From assembly GCA_035692005.1 (NCBI GenBank), contig DASSII010000102.1, positions 135 to 64,134 of the forward strand: a stretch of DNA of 64,000 nt, written 5' to 3'. Positions within the stretch are counted from its first letter, which is position 1; each line of letters begins with the position of its first letter. Below are positions 42,280-51,333 of the stretch, piece by piece. The position numbers were made by a program, and so were the translations under genes. The stretch is from Candidatus Limnocylindrales bacterium. Its GTDB lineage: Bacteria; Chloroflexota; Limnocylindria; Limnocylindrales; CSP1-4. The notes beneath the pieces were generated by a model. That model was not told where the DNA came from. It ran no database searches and saw only the letters and a list, made by a program, of their open reading frames with translations.

Positions 42280-43069
42280 TCCGCCACATCGGCCCGGCGA
42301 CGACGGCGGCACGCCGCCGGGCGCCCCGCGCGACTGGGATGGACGGACCTATGACCGGATCGCCGACCCCATGACCCGCTGGGGCGTCGGCGTGCTCGAG
42401 CGGTTGCCGCTGCGCGGCGACGAACGGGTCCTCGACGCGGGTTGCGGGTCGGGTCGGGTGACCGAGCGCCTGGCCGAGCGACTGCCCGCTGGCCGGGTCG
42501 TCGCGCTCGACGGTTCGCCCTCGATGATCGACGCTGCTCGCGACCGCCTGGCGCGCTTCGGCGATCGGATCGACTTCGTCGTTGCCGACCTCGGCCGCCC
42601 GCTCCCCGTCGAGGGCGGGCTGGACGCGGTCTTCTCGACCGCCACGTTCCACTGGGTCGCGGACCACGATGCCCTGTTCGCCAACCTCGCCGCCGTGACC
42701 CGGCCGGGCGGCTGGCTCGTGGCGCAGTGCGGCGGCGCGGGCAACGTGGCGCGGATCATGCGGGCGCTCGCCACGGTCGGCGACGGCTGGCTGGGGCCGG
42801 CCCACTTCGAGACCGTCCTGGCGACGACGACCCGACTCGATGCCGCCGGCTATGTCGATATCGAGTGCTGGCTGACCGACGAACCGACGCGCTTCGAGCC
42901 TGGTGCGCCGTTCGAGACCTACCTGCGCACGGTCGCTCTCGGTCCGCAGCTGGAGCGGCTGCCCGAGGGCGAGCGCGATGGGTTCGTCCACGCGGTCGCC
43001 GAGCAGATCGGCGAACCGCTCATCGATTACGTCCGGCTCAACATCGTCGCCCGGCGGGGCGATCGCTGA
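42266..43069 (+). CDS. Class I SAM-dependent methyltransferase (Tam-like)
   Basis: VLDAGCGSG, DAVFSTATFHWV, PGGWL, DYVRLN. Confidence 0.88.
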   Translation: MPTPDPPHRPGDDGGTPPGAPRDWDGRTYDRIADPMTRWGVGVLERLPLRGDERVLDAGCGSGRVTERLAERLPAGRVVALDGSPSMIDAARDRLARFGDRIDFVVADLGRPLPVEGGLDAVFSTATFHWVADHDALFANLAAVTRPGGWLVAQCGGAGNVARIMRALATVGDGWLGPAHFETVLATTTRLDAAGYVDIECWLTDEPTRFEPGAPFETYLRTVALGPQLERLPEGERDGFVHAVAEQIGEPLIDYVRLNIVARRGDR

Positions 43070-43081
43070 CCCGCCGGCGGG

Positions 43082-43633
43082 TCACCCGTCGGCGACCCGG
43101 AACGGGGCACCGTGGCCGGGCATGACGATGTCGGCGATGGCGAGGACGCGCGCACGACCCGCCTCCAGCAGCGCCAGGTCCGACGCGAACGGATCGACCG
43201 CGGGCGAGCGGTCGGTGTGCCACCACAGGTGGGTCAGCGCATAGACGCCATCGTCGGCCTCGACGATGAGCGAGGCGTCCTCCTCCGAATGGCCGGGCGT
43301 CAACCACAGCTGGCTCTTCGGCGAGAGGTGGTAGCCGTCGCCGTCGTGATCGAGCCACAAGTCGTCGATGTAGCGCGCCCAGAAGTCGACGACCTCGGCG
43401 TTGGGGAACAGCGCCACATTCATCGTGTGATCGGGGTGGTGATGGCTCAGGAAGACGTGGGTGACCGCCTCGGGGGCGACCCCGAGCTCGGCCAGTGGGT
43501 CGAGGATCAGGGCACGGCGCGCGACCATGCCCGGGTCGACGACGATGCGCGCGTCGCCGTCGAGCACGAGCGCGACGGTCGAAGCGGTGTGCTCGCCGGT
43601 GTAGCCGGCGTGGAGCAGATGGACGGACGTCAT
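43082..43633 (-). CDS. MBL-fold metallo-hydrolase
   Basis: VVDPG, SHHHPDH, TPGH, MPGHG. Confidence 0.88.
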   Translation of the reverse strand: MTSVHLLHAGYTGEHTASTVALVLDGDARIVVDPGMVARRALILDPLAELGVAPEAVTHVFLSHHHPDHTMNVALFPNAEVVDFWARYIDDLWLDHDGDGYHLSPKSQLWLTPGHSEEDASLIVEADDGVYALTHLWWHTDRSPAVDPFASDLALLEAGRARVLAIADIVMPGHGAPFRVADG

Positions 43634-43738
43634 GGCTCCGGATGCTACGCCGTCGCGGGCTGCGGGATGCAGCCGGGTCGGGGGCTGGGACGCTGGCAGA
43701 CTGCTCGCCCACGACCACCCAGCCAGGAAGGAGGCCGC

Positions 43739-45397
43739 ATGACCGCCCAGATCGATCAGCCCGCCGATGTCGTGCTCTCCGGCGGCCGTATCGCGACCAT
43801 GGACGCGGCCCGCAGCATGGTCAGCGGCCTCGCGATCCGCGGCGGCCGGATCGTCGCGGCCGGGCCCGACACGGCCGTTCGGACGTACGTCGGACCACGC
43901 ACCCGGGTCATCGAGCTGCGGGGTCGGACGGTCACGCCCGGGTTCCAGGACGCCCACGTCCATCCGATCCACGGCGGGCTGGCCCGTCTTCGGTGCGAGC
44001 TGCACGACACCCGCGGCCGCGAGGACCTGCTGGCGGTCATCGCCGAGTACGCGCGGACCCACCCCGACGAGGCCTGGATCCGTGGTGGCGGCTGGTACAT
44101 GGCCGATTTTCCCGGTGGCACGCCACGCCGCGAGGATCTCGACGCCATCGTTCCCGACCGCCCGGTCTTCCTCACCAATCGCGACGGCCACGGCGCGTGG
44201 GTCAACACGAACGCACTCGAGCTGGCCGGGGTCACGGCCTCGACCGCGGACCCCGGCGACGGTCGCATCGAGCGGGATCCCGACGGTTCCCCGAGCGGCA
44301 CGCTCCACGAAGGAGCGATGGATTTCGTGGAGCGCCACCAGCCTGACGACACTCCCGCCGACCTCGAGGCGGCGCTCCGTCTCGGCCAGGCGTACCTCCA
44401 TTCGCTGGGGATCACGGCCTGGCAGGACGCGATCGTCCGACCGGAGACGGAGGAGCGGGCGTACGTGGCGCTGGCGTCACGGGGCGAGCTGACCGCGCGG
44501 GTCGTGGGGGCGATGTGGTGGGAGCGTCATCGCGGCGTCGAGCAGATCGAGGAGTTCGAGGCACGCCGCGAGGCGACGTCGATCGGGCGCTATCGCGCCA
44601 CGAGCGTGAAGCTGATGATGGACGGCGTGCTCGAGAACTTCACCGGCGCCATGCTCGAGCCGTACGGCGACGGCCACGGGGGCACGACCGACAACCGCGG
44701 CCTGCTCCAGATCGATCCGGACGGACTGGCCGATTGGGTGCCGCGGCTCGATGCGCTCGGGTTCCAGCCGCACTTCCATGCCATCGGCGATGGCGCGGTG
44801 CGGGCCTCGCTCGATGCCGTGGCGGCCGCCCGGCGGGCCAACGGCCCGTCCGACACGCGACCCCACGTCGCGCACATCCAGGTCATCCATCCCGATGACA
44901 TCGACCGCTTCAGACAGCTCGGGGTCGCGGCCAACGCCCAGCCGTACTGGGCGTGCCACGAAGGGCAGATGGACGACCTGACGGTCCCGTTCCTCGGCGA
45001 CCGCTGGCGCTGGCAATACCCATACCGCTCACTGCGGGCCGCGGGTGCGGTGCTGGCCATGGGCTCGGATTGGAGCGTGTCGACGCCCGATCCGCTGCTC
45101 GAGATGGAGGTCGCTGTCGAGCGCATCGCGGACGAGGCACGAGGCGAGCGCGAACCGTTCCTGCCCGACCAGCGCCTCGAGCTCGTCGATGCCCTGGCGG
45201 CGTTCACGGCGGGTTCGGCGTACGTCAATCACCTCGACGACACTGGCACGCTCGAGGTCGGCAAGCTGGCCGACCTGGCCATCCTCGATCGTGACCTGTT
45301 CGACCGGGCAGCCGGCGCGATCGGCGAAGCACGGGTCGTCGGCACGTTCGTCGAGGGCGTGGCGGTCTACGAGGATGCCGCGCTCGAGGGCGGCTGA
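43739..45397 (+). CDS. Amidohydrolase (YtcJ/amidohydrolase-3 type)
   Basis: AGGAGG SD; PGFQDAHVH, GTLHE, HFHAIGD, HVAHIQ, GSDW, GKLADL. Confidence 0.9.
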   Translation: MTAQIDQPADVVLSGGRIATMDAARSMVSGLAIRGGRIVAAGPDTAVRTYVGPRTRVIELRGRTVTPGFQDAHVHPIHGGLARLRCELHDTRGREDLLAVIAEYARTHPDEAWIRGGGWYMADFPGGTPRREDLDAIVPDRPVFLTNRDGHGAWVNTNALELAGVTASTADPGDGRIERDPDGSPSGTLHEGAMDFVERHQPDDTPADLEAALRLGQAYLHSLGITAWQDAIVRPETEERAYVALASRGELTARVVGAMWWERHRGVEQIEEFEARREATSIGRYRATSVKLMMDGVLENFTGAMLEPYGDGHGGTTDNRGLLQIDPDGLADWVPRLDALGFQPHFHAIGDGAVRASLDAVAAARRANGPSDTRPHVAHIQVIHPDDIDRFRQLGVAANAQPYWACHEGQMDDLTVPFLGDRWRWQYPYRSLRAAGAVLAMGSDWSVSTPDPLLEMEVAVERIADEARGEREPFLPDQRLELVDALAAFTAGSAYVNHLDDTGTLEVGKLADLAILDRDLFDRAAGAIGEARVVGTFVEGVAVYEDAALEGG

Positions 45398-45400
45398 CGC

Positions 45401-45485
45401 GGGTTCGGGCGACCGTCGGGGCGACGGCGCACATGGACGGATGACGATGCCCGATTCGCGCCGGACGACGGTGTCGCCCGAGCCC
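45401..45485. repeat. Long imperfect hairpin (13-bp arms GGGTTCGGGCGAC/GTCGCCCGAGCCC plus inner stem)
   Basis: Read directly; starts 4 nt after the amidohydrolase stop. Confidence 0.55.
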
Positions 45486-45549
45486 GGCTGGGGCGATGCT
45501 CCTGTTGCGCACCGGAAGGACCGGGGACGCAGAAAGGAGCGATCAAGCG

Positions 45550-45759
45550 ATGAACGCACTCGCCGTCCTGTACGTGAACGAGCATCTGCAGGAACTGCTC
45601 GATGAGGCAGCCGAGCGCCGCGCGCTCGATAGCGACCGACCGTCCCTGCGTCAGCGGATCGCCTCCGCTGCGGCCGGTGTCCAGGCCCGCCTGGCGATGC
45701 CGCTCGACAATCGCGGCACGATCCTCCCGAAGCTGCAGGACTATCCCTACCGGGGCTGA
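45550..45759 (+). CDS. Small hypothetical protein (69 aa) ending LPKLQDYPYRG
   Basis: AGGAG SD, GC3-rich codons, followed by an intrinsic terminator. Confidence 0.75.
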   Translation: MNALAVLYVNEHLQELLDEAAERRALDSDRPSLRQRIASAAAGVQARLAMPLDNRGTILPKLQDYPYRG

Positions 45760-45797
45760 GACCTCCTCCTCTCGGCCTCGTCCGACCTCCCTCCCGA

Positions 45798-45836
45798 ACG
45801 AAACCCCCGGTTCCTCCTCCGGGGGTTTCGTCTTGT
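45798..45836 (+). terminator. Intrinsic terminator ACGAAACCCCCGG-N8-CCGGGGGTTTCGT
   Basis: 13-bp perfect stem with a T-rich tail. Confidence 0.8.
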
Positions 45837-45861
45837 CCGGCGAGGGCTACCCTAGGCGGCG

Positions 45862-46311
45862 ATGGAGCCGCGACTGAGCCTGATCACGCTGGGGGTCGAG
45901 GACCTCGACCGGGCGATCGCCTTCTACCGCGACACCGTCGGCTGGCAACCGGCATCGGTGGTCGACGGCGATGTGGCGTTCTTCGACCTCGGCGGCGTCA
46001 TCCTGGCGTTGTGGCGGCACCGCGACCTGGCCGCGGATTCCGGCGTGGCGAGCGACGCTCTGGGGAGCTATCACGGCTTCGCCCTCGCCCACAACGTTCG
46101 ATCGCGCGCGGAGGTCGACGCCCTGTTCGCGCACCTCGCCGAGCGGGGCGGCAGCATCGCCAAGTGGCCGGTCGAGACGGACTGGGGCGGCTATTCGGGG
46201 TACTTCGTCGACCCGGATGGCCACCACTGGGAGATCGCGCACAACCCGTTCTGGACGATCCGCGATGACGGACGGATCGACCTGCAGGGCGACCGGGGCA
46301 GCTCCGGCTAG
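45862..46311 (+). CDS. VOC/glyoxalase family protein
   Basis: LSLITLGV-x-DL, LAHNV, WGGYSGYFVDPDGHHWEIAHNP. Confidence 0.92.
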   Translation: MEPRLSLITLGVEDLDRAIAFYRDTVGWQPASVVDGDVAFFDLGGVILALWRHRDLAADSGVASDALGSYHGFALAHNVRSRAEVDALFAHLAERGGSIAKWPVETDWGGYSGYFVDPDGHHWEIAHNPFWTIRDDGRIDLQGDRGSSG

Positions 46312-46928
46312 GAGACGTGGCCCGACCGATCGGGGGGCAGGTCGGTCGGTGTGTCGACGTCGCGCAAGGTGGCCCCGGCCGGGTCGTCGACGCGCCAGGC
46401 CGCGGGCGGCATGGCAGTCACGTCGAGGACGGTCAGCAGGGCGCGCAGCCGACGCTCCCCCTGCGTCAGCAGCCCATCGACGGCCGCACCGGCGGGCGTG
46501 CGTCGGACCGCCATGGGCAACGGACGCGGACCGGTGTCATCGGCAAGGATCACCAGGTCGTGCGTGTCGAGGCCGCGCACCAATGCCCGCAGCACGGCCG
46601 CGACGAGGGTCGGCATGTCACCACCGACCACGACGACGCGCTCGACCGATGACGGCATCGCCCGCAGCCCGACCGCCAGGCCGGCCAGCGGTCCCTCGAA
46701 CGGCCGGTTGTCGGATGCGACGATCACCCCACCGGGAACGGCGAGACGCGAGCCGGGCGACGTGACCACGACGACGGGGTCGCCGAGGCCACGGACCGCA
46801 TCGATGGCATGAGCGAGCAGCGTTCGCCCGTCGATCGATTCGGCGAGCTTGTCGCGTCCGAACCGCGACGACCTGCCGCCGGCGAGCACGATCGCGCCGA
46901 CCCGGCCCGCGGTCCGCTCGGCGGTCAC
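46308..46928 (-). CDS. mobA: Molybdenum cofactor guanylyltransferase-like NTP transferase
   Basis: IVLAGGRSSRFGRDK, GPLAGL, GDMP, DVDTP-x-DL; adjacent to the sel/fdh locus. Confidence 0.8.
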   Translation of the reverse strand: MTAERTAGRVGAIVLAGGRSSRFGRDKLAESIDGRTLLAHAIDAVRGLGDPVVVVTSPGSRLAVPGGVIVASDNRPFEGPLAGLAVGLRAMPSSVERVVVVGGDMPTLVAAVLRALVRGLDTHDLVILADDTGPRPLPMAVRRTPAGAAVDGLLTQGERRLRALLTVLDVTAMPPAAWRVDDPAGATLRDVDTPTDLPPDRSGHVS

Positions 46929-46948
46929 GGCGCGGCGGTCACGGCGCG
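46921..46948 (-). repeat. 14-bp tandem duplication across the selB stop / mobA start
   Basis: GCGGTCACGGCGCG x2 on the + strand. Confidence 0.9.
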
Positions 46949-48738
46949 GCCGCGATCGGCGCCTTCGGCCCCGGCAGGTGACCGCTCGGCGTCCGTCGCA
47001 GGATCCCGCGGCGATCGAGGTCCTCGAGGATGGCCATCACGTAGCGGCGGCTGGTGCCGGTCGCGTCGCGGAACGCGGCAGGCGTCAGTGGCGCACGGGT
47101 GGCCATCGCCAGCGCGCGCGCGGCGAGGTCCCGATAGGTCGACATCGCGTACGCAAGCTCGGGCTCGAGCACGACGATCCGGCCGGCGCGCTCGAGTGAC
47201 CGGACACCGGCCGGGGGGCAGCCGACGGCCTGGGCCGCCGCGGACAGCGACGGTGGCGCCGGGACCGCGAGCACGGCCTCGAGGCGATCCATCGCGGCCG
47301 CCAGGACGGGATCGACGCGCGACGCGGGCGAGCCCGGCAGCCGCAGGCGATCGCCATCGCGGACCAGCCGCCCGTCGGCGACCAGCTCGTCGATCAGGCC
47401 GGCGGCCGCCGCCACGGCCTCGTCCCGGCGCAGGCTGACCACCCGCCGGATCGATCGGCTGACCGTCGCGCGGACGGCGGTGAGCGCGGCATCGGCGACC
47501 ACCGCCTCCATGACCGTCGCGAGCCCGATCTCGCGGACGTCGTCGGCCAGGCGACCGTCAGCGGCCCCGTGCAGGTCGCGCGTCGCCACTGCGGCGTGCC
47601 CGCCCGCGGCGACGGCGGCCGCCAGGGCACCGACGCGGTCTGGTGTCTGGCGTCGGCGCGAGACGCCTCGCGGGGGATGGACATCGAGGATCGTGCCACC
47701 GATCGGGTGGAGACCGGCGCCCCGGCGCAGGACGAACCGATCGCCCGACGCAAGCGCCACCGGTGACGCCAGGCGGACGACGCCGGCGGTCGTACCGTCG
47801 GGCAGGACCAGCGCGTCCCGTCCGGACCGCCCGACCTGGGCCTCCGTGGCGGCCGTCCCGGCGTGGAACCGGGCGTGCGCACGATCGGCGATCGCCGAGC
47901 CGAATGTCGCCAGTGCCCGGCTCGTCGCCTGGATGGTCGGGTCGGCCGTCAGGACGTCGCCACGGTGCACCTCGTCGGCCGTCGCACCGGCGATGTTGAG
48001 CGCGGTCCGGCCGCCGTCGGCGCGCTCCACGCTCAGCCCGTGGACCTGGACCTCGCGGACCCGGACGGTCCGGTCGCCGGGCACGACCCGGAGCGTGTCG
48101 CCGCGCGAGATCGGCCCACCGCGCAGCGTGCCGGTCACGACCGTGCCGCGGCCCTTGACCGCGAAGACCCGGTCGATCGCCACTGCCCCCGGGCGAGTGG
48201 GTGCGACGACGCCACCGTTCGCCGCAGCGACGCGTGCGGCCAGCCCGGCGAGGGCGGTGCGGATGGCCGCAAGACCGTGGCCGGTCAGCCCCGACGCGGC
48301 CACGACCGGCGAACCGGCAAGGCTCGTCGGCGCGAGGAGGTCCGTGATCGCGGCAACGACCGACACGATCCGCTCGGGCTCGACGGCGTCGACCTTGGTG
48401 ACGACCACGACGCCCGGGCCGATCGACAGTGCATCGAGCAGCCCAAGATGCTCGAGCGTCTGGGCGCGAGGCCCGTCATCGGCCGCCACGACCAGCATGG
48501 CGGCGTCGATCTCGCCGGCGCCCACCAGCATGTTCCCGACCAGCCGGTCGTGCCCCGGCACATCGACGAAGTCGATGACGGTCCCGTCATCGAGCGTCAG
48601 GTGGGCGTACCCGATGTCGATCGTCATCCCCCGCCGGCGCTCCTCCGGCAGGCGATCGGCATCGATCCCGGTCAGTGCGCGCAGCAGCGTGGTCTTGCCG
48701 TGATCGATGTGCCCGGCGGTGCCGACGACGACCGTCAT
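46939..48738 (-). CDS. selB: Selenocysteine-specific elongation factor
   Basis: GTAGHIDHGKTTL, EERRRGMTID, DVPGH, IDRVF-x-x-KG-x-GTVVTGT; C-terminal SRRYVMAILEDLDR winged helix. Confidence 0.95.
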   Translation of the reverse strand: MTVVVGTAGHIDHGKTTLLRALTGIDADRLPEERRRGMTIDIGYAHLTLDDGTVIDFVDVPGHDRLVGNMLVGAGEIDAAMLVVAADDGPRAQTLEHLGLLDALSIGPGVVVVTKVDAVEPERIVSVVAAITDLLAPTSLAGSPVVAASGLTGHGLAAIRTALAGLAARVAAANGGVVAPTRPGAVAIDRVFAVKGRGTVVTGTLRGGPISRGDTLRVVPGDRTVRVREVQVHGLSVERADGGRTALNIAGATADEVHRGDVLTADPTIQATSRALATFGSAIADRAHARFHAGTAATEAQVGRSGRDALVLPDGTTAGVVRLASPVALASGDRFVLRRGAGLHPIGGTILDVHPPRGVSRRRQTPDRVGALAAAVAAGGHAAVATRDLHGAADGRLADDVREIGLATVMEAVVADAALTAVRATVSRSIRRVVSLRRDEAVAAAAGLIDELVADGRLVRDGDRLRLPGSPASRVDPVLAAAMDRLEAVLAVPAPPSLSAAAQAVGCPPAGVRSLERAGRIVVLEPELAYAMSTYRDLAARALAMATRAPLTPAAFRDATGTSRRYVMAILEDLDRRGILRRTPSGHLPGPKAPIAAAP

Positions 48739-50105
48739 CCGCCCTCCGCCAGCACCCGCTCCAGCGCGTCCGCCAGCGCGGCGTCGGCCTCCGGATCGAC
48801 GGTCCGCAGATCGAGCACGACCCGGTCGTCAGCCAGCCGAGCGATCACGGTCGGGGTACCGTGGCGCAGTGCGGCGAGCGCGCGCGCCGGCGAGCTGACC
48901 CGAAGCGCCAGCCCCCACGAGGGCAAGGTCTCGCCCGGCAGCGATCCGCCACCGACGGTCGATCGGAGCTCGACGCGGTCGACTCGCTCGCCGAGCCCAT
49001 CAGCCAACGCCGCGGCTCGCGCGCGCAACCCCTCGAGCGGGGCAGACAGCATGACCCAGACGGGGATCTGATCGGTGGCCAGGCCTGCCCGGTACAGGCC
49101 GAGCGTCCGGGCCATCCCGAGCAGCGTCACCTTGTCCGGGCGCATGGCGCGAGCGAGGGGGTCTCGCCGCATCCGGTCGATGAGATCGGCCCGGCCGACG
49201 ACCAGGCCGGCTTGCGGGCCGCCGACCAGCTTGTCGCCGCTGAAGGTCACGACGTCGGAGCCGGCCGCGAGGCGCTCGCCGGGTGTCGGTTCATGGGCCA
49301 GCCCGTAGCGCTCGGTCGGCAGGAAGGCGCCAGAACCGAGGTCATCGATGACGATCGCTCCGTGGCGGTGCGCCACGGCGGCCACCTCGGCCGGGTCGGG
49401 CACCGCGGTGAAGCCACGCATCGTGAAGTTCGACGGGTGCACCCGCAGGACCGCTCGGGCGCGGCCCTCCGCGAGCGGCGCCTCGAAGTCCGCGGCGGTC
49501 GTCCGATTGGTCGTCCCGACCTCGATGAGCTTCGCCCCGGCCCGGCGGATGATGTCCGGGATCCGGACGCCGCCGCCGATCTCGACCAGCTCTCCGCGCG
49601 ACACCACGACGCCACGACCGCGACCGGCCAGCCCGACGGCGAGCGCGACCGCGGCGGCGTTGTTGTTGGTGACGACGGCATCCTCCGCGCCGGTCAGGGC
49701 GATGAGGTGCTCTTCGGCCTCGCGGAACCGTCGGCCGCGGCGGCCCGTGGCCCGATCGATCTCGAGCAGCAGGTAGTCGGTCGCCGCGTCGACGGCCTCG
49801 GCGGCGTGCTCCGCCCAGGGCGCGCGCCCGAGGTTGGTGTGGACGATCACCCCGGTCGCGTTGATGACCCACACCGGGTCGTGGCCGACCCACGCCTCCA
49901 GCCGGGCGATCAACCGGTCCGCCAGCTGGTCGAGCGTGGCCGGCGCGACGTCCGGGTCGTCCGCCGCGATCGCGGCCCGCTCGTCGGCGATGACCTCGCG
50001 CGCGGCCGCCGCGAGCGCGGCCGGGTCGCGCCCGACCTCCAGGCGCGGACGGACCGCGGCGAGGACGCGTTCGACGCTCGGGGGACGGGGACGCGTGGTC
50101 GACAC
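48735..50105 (-). CDS. selA: L-seryl-tRNA(Sec) selenium transferase
   Basis: VINATGVIVHTNLGRAP, NNNAAAV, SRGELVEIGGG, EVGTTNRT, VHPSNF, FSGDKLVGGPQAG. Confidence 0.96.
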   Translation of the reverse strand: MSTTRPRPPSVERVLAAVRPRLEVGRDPAALAAAAREVIADERAAIAADDPDVAPATLDQLADRLIARLEAWVGHDPVWVINATGVIVHTNLGRAPWAEHAAEAVDAATDYLLLEIDRATGRRGRRFREAEEHLIALTGAEDAVVTNNNAAAVALAVGLAGRGRGVVVSRGELVEIGGGVRIPDIIRRAGAKLIEVGTTNRTTAADFEAPLAEGRARAVLRVHPSNFTMRGFTAVPDPAEVAAVAHRHGAIVIDDLGSGAFLPTERYGLAHEPTPGERLAAGSDVVTFSGDKLVGGPQAGLVVGRADLIDRMRRDPLARAMRPDKVTLLGMARTLGLYRAGLATDQIPVWVMLSAPLEGLRARAAALADGLGERVDRVELRSTVGGGSLPGETLPSWGLALRVSSPARALAALRHGTPTVIARLADDRVVLDLRTVDPEADAALADALERVLAEGG

Positions 50106-50128
50106 TCGAGCGGCACCTCAGCGGTCGG

Positions 50129-50225
50129 TGGCGGGAGCGCGTGGGAGTCGAACCCACCACGCCACGCCGAGCGCGGCGTCACCGGTGTTGAAGACCGGGA
50201 GACCCACCGGGACCCCTCCGCTCCC
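50129..50225 (-). tRNA. selC: tRNA-Sec (anticodon UCA)
   Basis: 97 nt; anticodon arm CCGGT-CTTCAAC-ACCGG, 6-bp D stem with CGGT loop, long variable arm, GTGGG-TTCGACT-CCCAC T arm, G73 and encoded CCA; between selA and selD. Confidence 0.96.
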
Positions 50226-50267
50226 ACGCTCGATGGTAGCGCGGGTGGTCTGGCCTATCATCGGCTG
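50226..50267. promoter_or_regulatory. Back-to-back promoters for selC (TACCAT, - strand 50238-50233) and leaderless selD (TATCAT 50256-50261)
   Basis: -10 hexamers 7 nt from the tRNA 5' end and 6 nt from the selD ATG. Confidence 0.6.
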
Positions 50268-51323
50268 ATGACCGCGCTCGAGGAGATGGCCCCGTTCCGC
50301 CTCACCAGCCTGACCGACTGCGGCGGCTGCGCCGCGAAGCTGGGCGCCGACCTGCTGGGCGATGCACTCGCCGGTCTGGGGGCCGAGACGGCCCCAGCCG
50401 AGCTGATCGCCGGACTCGACCCGCCGGATGACGCCGCCGCGTACCGGGTCAGCGACGAGCTCGCCATCATCGGCACGCTCGACTTCTTCCCACCGCTCGT
50501 GGACGACCCGCGGACCTACGGCGAGATCGCGGCCGCCAATGCCCTGAGCGACGTCTTCGCGATGGGCGGTCGCGTGCTCTTCGCGCTGTCGATCGCGGCA
50601 TTCCCCGAGGAGCTGCCGCGGGAGGTGCTCGCGGCCATCTTCGAGGGCGCGTCGGCGAAGGTCCGCGAGGCGGGTGGCACGCTGGCCGGTGGTCACACGA
50701 TCCGCGATCCCGAACCCAAGTACGGCCTGGCGGTCGTCGGCGCCGCGCATCCCGACCGGCTGCTGCGCAAGGGAGGCGCACAACCCGGCGACACGCTGAT
50801 CCTGACCAAGGCGCTCGGGACCGGCGTGCTCGTCAGCGGCCACCGCCAGGGTCGTACGCGGGCGGCGGATCTCGACGCCGCGGTCGACTCGATGCGGGCG
50901 TTGAACCGCGACGCCGCCGAGGTCCTCGTCGCCGACGGCGTGCGGGCGGCGACCGACGTCACCGGCTTCGGCCTGCTGGGGCACGGCCTGGAGATGGCCC
51001 GGGCGTCGGGGGCCAGGTTCGTGTTCGAGGCGGGCGCCTTGCCGGCGCTCAGCGGCTCGCTCGAGCTGTCGGCTGCGGGGCTGGAGACCGGCGGGGCGGC
51101 CCACAACCGTCGCTTCGTGGCGAGCGAACTGACGGTGTCGGACGGCATCGACCCGGCGCTGGTGCGCCTGGCCCGTGATCCGCAGACGAGTGGCGGGCTG
51201 CTGGCGGCCGTCCCGGCCGACCGGCTGGCTGACGTTCGGGCCCACCTGGCGGGCGCGGGTGCGAACGCCTGGATCATCGGTCGAGTCGAGGCCGGTGTCG
51301 GCATCGCCCTGGTCGGCGGGTAG
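50268..51323 (+). CDS. selD: Selenide, water dikinase (Cys form)
   Basis: CGGCAAK, DDAA, TLDFFPP, AANALSDVFAMGG, GGHT, TDVTGFGLLGH, DPQTSGGLL. Confidence 0.96.
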   Translation: MTALEEMAPFRLTSLTDCGGCAAKLGADLLGDALAGLGAETAPAELIAGLDPPDDAAAYRVSDELAIIGTLDFFPPLVDDPRTYGEIAAANALSDVFAMGGRVLFALSIAAFPEELPREVLAAIFEGASAKVREAGGTLAGGHTIRDPEPKYGLAVVGAAHPDRLLRKGGAQPGDTLILTKALGTGVLVSGHRQGRTRAADLDAAVDSMRALNRDAAEVLVADGVRAATDVTGFGLLGHGLEMARASGARFVFEAGALPALSGSLELSAAGLETGGAAHNRRFVASELTVSDGIDPALVRLARDPQTSGGLLAAVPADRLADVRAHLAGAGANAWIIGRVEAGVGIALVGG

Positions 51324-51333
51324 CCAGCGAGCC

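Noticed and set aside
50268-50340. SelD as a second selenoprotein
   Set aside because: The active-site codon is TGC (CGGCAAK), so this is the Cys form
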